Shown here: positions 56,940-64,000 of the stretch, in pieces
Position numbering within the stretch: the first letter of the stretch is position 1
Layout of the letters: each line of letters starts with the position of its first letter
Assembly (NCBI GenBank): GCA_017559525.1
Contig: JAFYRI010000009.1
Location: 82,148 to 146,147 of the forward strand
Reading direction: 5' to 3'
Source of the DNA: Alphaproteobacteria bacterium
GTDB lineage: Bacteria > Pseudomonadota > Alphaproteobacteria > CAAHEQ01 > UBA3637
Length of the DNA stretch: 64,000 nt
Program-made: the position numbers and the translations under genes
Notes under the pieces: model-generated
Seen by the model: only the letters and a program-made list of their open reading frames with translations
What the model was told of the DNA's origin: nothing
Database searches by the model: none

Positions 56940-59579
56940 ATGAAGAAAGTATCAATAATTTCTTTAGTTTTGATGTTGTGCACGGTATTTTCATTCGAGG
57001 CAATGGCTGATGCGCCTAGTTTTTATGATACAATTCAAGATCTTGGAGCGGAATTTTGTTGGTTTTGTCCTATATTTGGTAGTTTGTTTGATGCAATGAA
57101 TACAATTGCAACTACAATAACAACAGAAATGGCAGACACTTTTATCGCACTGATGGGGGTTGCATTATTATTTTCTATTGGTTTTAAGGTGGCAAAAATG
57201 CTAACATCTTTACAAGCTGTAGACTTGATGCAATTTTTAACGGATATGTTCCGTCATTTGGGGCGGGCAATTATTGCGTTTTGTCTTTTGTACTTTTCAT
57301 TGTCTATATTCACTTATCTCGTTTCTCCAGTTTTAACAATGTCTCTGTCTTTATCTACAACGATTTTGGAAACTGGAGGGTTTGTTGCTATAGAAACAAA
57401 GGCAACGCAAGAAGGTGGTATTCAAGTAAGTAATGTATGTGATGATGCGGATGCAAATGCTCAGCCTTTACTAGAACAAGAAGCTGAAGCTCTTAATCGT
57501 GGGGAACAACCTCAACAGGCTTTTGCGCCAAGTGTTAAGGCTGCATTAATATGTATGTTTAGAACGATTGCTGCTTCATTGATTACAGGGATGGCAATTG
57601 GTGCGATGCTTTGGGTTTGTGGATGGTTTGATCTTACGTGGGGTTTTATTCCAAACTTTTTGGCTATTTTGGCGGGGGGTGCGATTTTATTTGGGCACTT
57701 ACTGATTTTTATAGCTGCGCCATTTAAATTTATTGATGGTATGATACGTATGGCATTTGTTTGTGCTTTAATGCCATTGTGGATTATTTTATGGGTATTC
57801 CCAGCAACAGTTGCTTATACAAAAAAAGCATGGGATATGTTCCTCAGTACATGTGCTATTTTTATGTGTATGTCTGTTGTATTAATTTTAGTTATCCATT
57901 TAATTAATGCCGCCTTACCTAGAGAAGTGGTTGATGACGTAGTGGAATATTTGGTTGATGGGGAGTTCCTAAAAGCCTTAGAGGTTTTAAAATTGGATGG
58001 CAAAAAATTGTTGGTTACACTCATTATGTGCGGTACTGGTTATAAAATGTTGGGAACTGCTACAACATTGGCATCCAGCTTTATTGGTTCTATTCCTAAT
58101 TTGGGTGTTGGGGATCAAATGGCAAAAACCAGTGCTTCTCTTGCTCATCAAGCAAAAGGGGCGGGTGCTGCAGGGGCTATGATGCTTGGAAATGTCGGCA
58201 AAAATACATTGAATGCAATTAAGCCGGGATTGGGTGATAAGGTTGCCTCTGGTGTTAAGAACGCAGCGCCTCGTGTTGGAGCAGCTGTTTTAACTATGGG
58301 ATATAGTGAAGCAGTCAGAATGGGGGCTAAGCTTGGTGGTGCCGCGGGTAAAAATCTTTTATCTCTTGGAAAAAGTGCTGTTAATTCTTATAAAAATAGA
58401 TACGCGAATGCTCAAAGTCCGACAATGGGGGCTTCGGGTACCAATATGGGCGTTGATACAGCCGCAATGGGCTTTGTAGGCGATCAAACTCGTAGCGTGA
58501 CCGAGAATAATCGTTCAGTTACGCGTACAGATAAAAATTATCGTGATGCAGAAGGTAATAAACTAAGACAAACTTATGATGATAAGGGAAATTTAGTTGG
58601 AGAATCTTTGACGCGTAAAGACGGTAGCACAATGACGAAAATCTATGGTAAGGATGGTAAAGTTCAGTTAGAAAGTGCAACGAATAAAAATGATAGTGTT
58701 GCATGGCAAAAAACATATGATAAGAATGGAACTGCAACTCTTTATCAAAATGATGAAAATGGAAAACGCGTTTCTGTAACTCGTCAAAAATTGGATGACA
58801 AAGGAAGAGTTCAATCTGAAGTTATAACAGATGTGGCGGGCAACAAAACAACGCGTACATTTGATGAGAAAGGTCATGTACGTTCCGAACAAATTAAGGG
58901 TGTTGATGGTCAAACCATATCGAAAACATATAATGAAAAAGAACAACTTACGAATGAAGTTCGTCGTGATAAAGACGGTCAAGGTCATAATGCAACCCAT
59001 CGTTATGATGCCGACGGTAAATTTTATGGGACAGACTTTAAATTTACTAACGGTGATGAACAGGCTGTATTGTATAATGATAAAGGTCAGGTTACCGGAG
59101 TTACTCATATGAAAAAGGATGGTTCCGGTTGGGAAGCCGAATACCAAAATGGTGAGGTCGTTAAAACAGTTAATTACGATAAGGAAGGTAGAGTTGAAAC
59201 TACAACTATTCGTGATGAAAAAGAAACACATCGAGAAAGTGTAGAACGTGAAGTTGTACATGAAAAAGAAAATTCTGGTACAGATACTGCTTCAAGAACA
59301 ACAGTAGAAACATCTGTATCAAGCGCTTCTTCACATGCTGCAGAAACACCAGCATCCAGTTCTTCCGCATCATCATCATCTTCTTCTTCCGCAGGATCAT
59401 CTGCAGGAAAAGCTTCTGAAGCGAAAAAAGATGATTCTAAGCTTGAAAGTCAAATAAAAGAGGCTAAGAGTCTCGCAGAGAGTGCAAAACAAGAGGCAGA
59501 AAATGCTAAGTTAGCAGCTCAACTTGCTGCATCTCAGGCACATCAAAAAACAAAAGATGAAAAAGATAAAAATAAATAG
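56940..59579 (+). CDS. VirB6/TrbL-like polytopic membrane protein with CWxC motif and YD-like repeat tail
   Basis: Signal peptide, CWFC, TM core LMPLWIILWVFPATVAYTKKAW, Gly/Ala-rich region, (Y/F)DxxG repeats. Start at ATG 56940 (GAGGTG RBS). Confidence 0.6.
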   Translation: MKKVSIISLVLMLCTVFSFEAMADAPSFYDTIQDLGAEFCWFCPIFGSLFDAMNTIATTITTEMADTFIALMGVALLFSIGFKVAKMLTSLQAVDLMQFLTDMFRHLGRAIIAFCLLYFSLSIFTYLVSPVLTMSLSLSTTILETGGFVAIETKATQEGGIQVSNVCDDADANAQPLLEQEAEALNRGEQPQQAFAPSVKAALICMFRTIAASLITGMAIGAMLWVCGWFDLTWGFIPNFLAILAGGAILFGHLLIFIAAPFKFIDGMIRMAFVCALMPLWIILWVFPATVAYTKKAWDMFLSTCAIFMCMSVVLILVIHLINAALPREVVDDVVEYLVDGEFLKALEVLKLDGKKLLVTLIMCGTGYKMLGTATTLASSFIGSIPNLGVGDQMAKTSASLAHQAKGAGAAGAMMLGNVGKNTLNAIKPGLGDKVASGVKNAAPRVGAAVLTMGYSEAVRMGAKLGGAAGKNLLSLGKSAVNSYKNRYANAQSPTMGASGTNMGVDTAAMGFVGDQTRSVTENNRSVTRTDKNYRDAEGNKLRQTYDDKGNLVGESLTRKDGSTMTKIYGKDGKVQLESATNKNDSVAWQKTYDKNGTATLYQNDENGKRVSVTRQKLDDKGRVQSEVITDVAGNKTTRTFDEKGHVRSEQIKGVDGQTISKTYNEKEQLTNEVRRDKDGQGHNATHRYDADGKFYGTDFKFTNGDEQAVLYNDKGQVTGVTHMKKDGSGWEAEYQNGEVVKTVNYDKEGRVETTTIRDEKETHRESVEREVVHEKENSGTDTASRTTVETSVSSASSHAAETPASSSSASSSSSSSAGSSAGKASEAKKDDSKLESQIKEAKSLAESAKQEAENAKLAAQLAASQAHQKTKDEKDKNK

Positions 59580-59603
59580 TAATCTTAATAAGGAGATTGT
59601 CTG

Positions 59604-61073
59604 ATGATTATGTGGTTCAAACAACATAACAAGCTAATATCTAGCATACTAAGGATAGGTATGCTGGTAGTTTTGTTGTTTGTATTGACTGGATGTTCAG
59701 AGGAAGGGACAGAACCTGAGGATATGAGAGCCACAGTTGAAAATTGTTGGCCGTGTACGATGTATAAGGTTATTTTTGAAACAATTAATCAATTGGTTTT
59801 GCAACTTTATAATGATCTTGTTCCAAAAGCGATGGGATTATTGGGGATTGGTGTATTGTTCTGGTTGGCATTCAGAACTGGTAAGATGGTGGTTTCTTTG
59901 TATGAACCGGATTTGAATGAGTATGTTCAATCAGTTAAAACAATATTGTTTAAAGCGATATTAGTATCGGCTGTATTGTTGGTTGGAGACAATTTTATTT
60001 GTTTCATTTCTATGGTTTTGGAACCACCAATGTTGACTATTTCATATTTCTCATCTGCGTTGTTACAAACTTCTATTGATAGTTTGGCTGTTACTTTGCC
60101 TCAGGAATTTATTAATATACCTGCAGCACAATGTCAAGTGTTTACAGAGGAGGTAGCATTATATTTACAACGTATGGTATATCAAATTTATGCTTCATTG
60201 AATGCGGGGATCAGTTTTGGGTGGAGTCTGGTTCGAACAACTAATTTTGTTTGTATGATTATGGGATTGTTTGTGGTCATACCGACCTTTTTCTTATTGT
60301 CATTAATATTTCCATTGATGTTTGCTGATAGTTTTGTGCGCTTGGGAGCATCAATAGTCCTTTCTCCATTTTTATTTGTCGCTTGGGTATTCCCTGCAAC
60401 AAAAAATATGTTAAAATCATTATGGGATGTGGCTTTCGGTTCCATGATTACTATGATGATAGGGTGTATTTATATCACATTAGCAATTAATGTTATGCAA
60501 GTTTTTCAGGAAAGTTCTGAAAGTTTAAAAGGAATTTTTTCGGAGGCTCGTCAATTAGCTGATCCAAATTTGTCTTTAGCTGTTCGACGTATGTCAACCG
60601 AAGCCGTCAGTTTTATGGTTTTAATTTTTATTATATTGAAATTCCATAAATCTGTAACAGAAGTTGCGGGTTATTTGGGTGGAGATAGCACTAAATCTTC
60701 CGTTGTTGCTGTTCTCGGTGGAATTAAACAATTAGCTATTAGTGCTGCCATGATTGCAGTTGGTGCAGTTATGGCATATTGTGGTATTCCTGGTGGTACT
60801 AAATTGATGAAAGCAGGTGCACAGCGTATTAAAGATCAAATGGCCGAAGGTGCAAAGAATATTGCTTCTGATTCCGGTGGATCTGGAGATGCAACTGGCG
60901 GAGGTGGTGTGATATCTGCTGTCAAAGGCGCCTACAGTGGTGGTGATGATAAAGACAGTGGTAAAGGTGATGATAAAAGTGGTGACGATAAAGGTAGTAG
61001 TAAAGGAGATGCTGGAACAGCTGATAAGGGTGGAGGTTCTGGTGAGAATAAAGGTAGTGAAGATAAAAAGTAA
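59604..61073 (+). CDS. VirB6/TrbL-like membrane protein with lipobox
   Basis: LLFVLTG-C, CWPC, LSPFLFVAWVFPATKNMLKSLW, Gly/Asp/Lys tail. Confidence 0.6.
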   Translation: MIMWFKQHNKLISSILRIGMLVVLLFVLTGCSEEGTEPEDMRATVENCWPCTMYKVIFETINQLVLQLYNDLVPKAMGLLGIGVLFWLAFRTGKMVVSLYEPDLNEYVQSVKTILFKAILVSAVLLVGDNFICFISMVLEPPMLTISYFSSALLQTSIDSLAVTLPQEFINIPAAQCQVFTEEVALYLQRMVYQIYASLNAGISFGWSLVRTTNFVCMIMGLFVVIPTFFLLSLIFPLMFADSFVRLGASIVLSPFLFVAWVFPATKNMLKSLWDVAFGSMITMMIGCIYITLAINVMQVFQESSESLKGIFSEARQLADPNLSLAVRRMSTEAVSFMVLIFIILKFHKSVTEVAGYLGGDSTKSSVVAVLGGIKQLAISAAMIAVGAVMAYCGIPGGTKLMKAGAQRIKDQMAEGAKNIASDSGGSGDATGGGGVISAVKGAYSGGDDKDSGKGDDKSGDDKGSSKGDAGTADKGGGSGENKGSEDKK

Positions 61074-61128
61074 AGTGAGTGCATCATTGATATAGATGGT
61101 GTTGGGATTAACAAAAAAAGGGTAAAGT

Positions 61129-63816
61129 ATGATGAAAATATTGCGTCATTTTATGGAATTAGTCGTTATGGCCCTTATGATATCTATTTTGTATTATGTC
61201 GAGATAGATAGTGTTTTGCCATATATTTTACCTGTTACAATTATTGGTGTTGTAAGTATTTTACTTTTTGCCTTTATTTTATTCAAAAATCGAGGTTGGA
61301 TGAGCGTCATTATTTTGTTAATTTCAATGGTATTTATGACAAATCCGACTTTTGCAGCTTATCAAAAACTAGAATGTGGTGGGCAACATAATGGTAAAAG
61401 TAGTGCCGAAATGATTTTAAGTGGCTCTGCAGGGGGAGTTCTTTCTGGGGGATTACAAGCAGCGCAAGATGAATTGACCAATGGTAACTTGTTCACAGAT
61501 GAATTTGACAATGATAATATTAAAGCTTGTGTATTAATTAATATTATTGCCATTGGTGATGAATTATGTGGTCAACCTAAAGATTGTGAAGGAGAATATG
61601 ATCCACAAATGCGTCAAAATGCCGTGTATGCAAAAGAAAATTATTTGCGTATGAGTTCTGATACAGTTGGTGATGATGTGGATAATCATGATTGGATAGA
61701 AGATGGCGCGGCATCTTATGGCGAAGAATCTCGAGTTAATAAAGAATATCAGAGATTGAGGGCCGATGGAAAAGATGCAGATGATGTATTTCATTGTATT
61801 GATGACTATATTGAACATTGTGCTTGTGTTGATAAGAAAAAAGAGGCAAATTGTCGTACGATTGCTCAAACAGTTGCAAAAAATTCGCAAGAATGTTGGG
61901 TTTGTTCTATTGTGGATGCCGTTTTATTAGCTTCTCAAAAAATTGCGCTAAGTGCCTATGTGTTGTTGAAAGATTTTGCAATCGGATTGTTGGGGGTAAT
62001 GTTCTTATTCTGGTTGGCTGTAAAGGTTCTGCAACTTCTTGGTACTTTTGGATATGGTGATCACAATAGTTTCTTTACTGAGTTATTGTTCCGCAGTATT
62101 ACGGTTATGATTGCGGCAGCTATTTTGTATGCGCCAATGACTGAGCTATATCGTATTGTTGTTTCTCCATTTATTATGGCTACGGCTGGTTTTACGGAGG
62201 AAATAAGTAATGCTGTTTTGTCTGATTATGAAACAGATGAAAATGGAGAGGTGAAGGCTACTTTTTATGATAAGGTAAAAGAAGCGGCTGGCATTGTTGT
62301 TACATCAACAGATCCAAAGCAAAATTGTATGCAACATTGTACGAATATGTTGGATGAAAATTTCACTTACACAGAAGAGCAACGGCGTCTTATGAGGGGA
62401 AAATTTGCCAGTGATAAGGTGCCTAATCCTGAAACAATTGATGCTCAATCTTACAGTGCATTATTGTGTTTAACGTGTCGTGTTTATAATCAACTGGTTC
62501 CGTTTACAGCAATTGGTGAAAGAATGACATGTTATGCTTATGCAACGGCATTTGATGCGTGGTATTTACCATGGCCAATTCCGAATTTTGCTTACTTGTT
62601 GTTGGGATTTGCTTTTATTGTTATATTTACAATATTAACAATGTTTATCGCGTTTTACATTATAGATATTGTATTAAAATTATCGTTTATTATTGTTTTA
62701 ACACCATTATTTGTTGTAGCATGGGCTTTCCCAATTTCTAGAGAATATACAACAAAAGCATGGAACTTAATCTTATATTCTTTATGGGAGTTTATAGGTG
62801 TTGCCGTAACGGTAGCCATTATCATGGTTTTGGTAGTGCATGCCTTGAGTTCTTTACCTGGTGATGGAGATATCATGGGAAAGGTTGTCAGAGCTATGAC
62901 AGAGGATAATGTTGTTGCTTTGTTCGGACTAATGGGGGGAAGTGGACCTTGGACATTTTTGAAATTAGTTGTTATTATGCTAATGGGAATAAAAATGATT
63001 ACCAGTTCTGGTGCCGTTGTGTCTACTTTATCTGGTATTTCTCCAGGAATTACAGGTGTTGCAATGAGTACGTTGCAAGGTGTTGTGCAAGGAGCTATAT
63101 CTGTGGCTGGTGTCTCAGTTGCTGCAGCTGGTAAAGCCGGGGGTAAGGCTGCTAATAAGTTAAAAGGGAAAGTTGCTGGTAAATTAGCTGATATTTCAAA
63201 ATCTCGTAATTCTACAAAAGGGCGTTTTGGTGGTAATAAAACAACAAATACACGTCAAGCGGCTTCAAAAGGAATTAACGATTTCTCTGCAAAAAGTCGT
63301 CAGGCTGGAACATCTGTTTCTGGAGCTGGTGAACGCATGAAGGAACGTGGCAAACAAATGTCGAATGCGGGACGTGAAATGGCTTCAAAAGGTGGCTTTA
63401 AGCGTACAGTTAAAGGTAATTTGATGCGAGCAAGTGGCGCTATTCAAAGTATGGCGGGATCTATGGTTAATCCGATTGCTAAAGGTGTTGGCAGTATGAT
63501 GAATAAAGCGGGTAATGCGGTGGCAAATGTTGTTGATAAATCAGGTGCTGCAAAAGCATTGCAAAAGAGTGGTGATGCAGCTCAACACAGAAAAGAAGCC
63601 GCCTTGCGTGCAGATCCAGCAGCTGCAGCTCAACGAGAAGCTGGTTATAAAAATCTCTCTGCTGGATTTAGTATGATTGCTCAAGGGAAGGGTAATCCTG
63701 TTGAGGCATTAGCAAAAATTTGTAAAGGTGGTGCAAGTGTTATTGCTTCCAAAGCAAGACGTGGTATGAATCAGGTAATGCGTAACAGTAAACGAAATGG
63801 TAATCGTAAAAGTTAA
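61129..63816 (+). CDS. VirB6/TrbL-like membrane protein with Cys-rich periplasmic domains
   Basis: CWVC, LTPLFVVAWAFPISREYTTKAW, basic Gly/Ala-rich C-tail. Confidence 0.6.
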   Translation: MMKILRHFMELVVMALMISILYYVEIDSVLPYILPVTIIGVVSILLFAFILFKNRGWMSVIILLISMVFMTNPTFAAYQKLECGGQHNGKSSAEMILSGSAGGVLSGGLQAAQDELTNGNLFTDEFDNDNIKACVLINIIAIGDELCGQPKDCEGEYDPQMRQNAVYAKENYLRMSSDTVGDDVDNHDWIEDGAASYGEESRVNKEYQRLRADGKDADDVFHCIDDYIEHCACVDKKKEANCRTIAQTVAKNSQECWVCSIVDAVLLASQKIALSAYVLLKDFAIGLLGVMFLFWLAVKVLQLLGTFGYGDHNSFFTELLFRSITVMIAAAILYAPMTELYRIVVSPFIMATAGFTEEISNAVLSDYETDENGEVKATFYDKVKEAAGIVVTSTDPKQNCMQHCTNMLDENFTYTEEQRRLMRGKFASDKVPNPETIDAQSYSALLCLTCRVYNQLVPFTAIGERMTCYAYATAFDAWYLPWPIPNFAYLLLGFAFIVIFTILTMFIAFYIIDIVLKLSFIIVLTPLFVVAWAFPISREYTTKAWNLILYSLWEFIGVAVTVAIIMVLVVHALSSLPGDGDIMGKVVRAMTEDNVVALFGLMGGSGPWTFLKLVVIMLMGIKMITSSGAVVSTLSGISPGITGVAMSTLQGVVQGAISVAGVSVAAAGKAGGKAANKLKGKVAGKLADISKSRNSTKGRFGGNKTTNTRQAASKGINDFSAKSRQAGTSVSGAGERMKERGKQMSNAGREMASKGGFKRTVKGNLMRASGAIQSMAGSMVNPIAKGVGSMMNKAGNAVANVVDKSGAAKALQKSGDAAQHRKEAALRADPAAAAQREAGYKNLSAGFSMIAQGKGNPVEALAKICKGGASVIASKARRGMNQVMRNSKRNGNRKS

Positions 63817-63840
63817 TTTTTGATTATATTTTGTTGGTAT

Positions 63841-63880
63841 TTACCCCTCTCATTTATTTTATTATGTGAGAGGGGTAATT
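63841..63880 (+). terminator. Hairpin ending the VirB6-like operon
   Basis: TTACCCCTCTCAT / GTGAGAGGGGTAA. Confidence 0.65.
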
Positions 63881-64000
63881 ATTACAACAGATGATTTTTT
63901 CCATATAATATTATTATTTATTATCTATAAAATCTTATAAAAATAAAAAAAGTACAAAAAAAATCATTTTTTTTCATTTTGTCTATTTTCTTAAAAAGTT

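Overview
AT-rich bacterial chromosome segment, most consistent with a host-associated Alphaproteobacterium. Evidence: type-B L36, F1-only atp operon, alpha-type LexA box and porin, plus gut-Firmicutes-like accessory genes; this assignment is inference. Housekeeping blocks (phoH-ybeY-corC-mtaB-ftsY, atp, rpmJ, lnt, tRNA-Lys, xth, pgpA) alternate with accessory loci. The main candidate novel system is a ~10.7 kb T7-like (podoviral) head/short-tail/terminase/lysis cluster at 17.5-28.2 kb with no integrase or replication genes, i.e. a gene-transfer-agent-like domesticated element. Its regulation can be read from the DNA: a LexA SOS box before a 117-aa orphan gene, a divergent autocleavable HTH-S24 repressor, two palindromic operators next to near-identical -35 regions, and a sigma70 promoter followed by an intrinsic terminator ahead of the portal gene, which implies antitermination. 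Other notable items: a delta(C-domain)-alpha fused ATP synthase subunit and a gamma with a 70-aa insert; two G-RS-x-x-E pilin-like Cys-rich proteins, one with a nested domain architecture; a decayed fur-rbr duplication flanking a surface-protein cassette; and three tandem CWxC-motif VirB6-like proteins. All calls come from reading motifs; no database searches were run.
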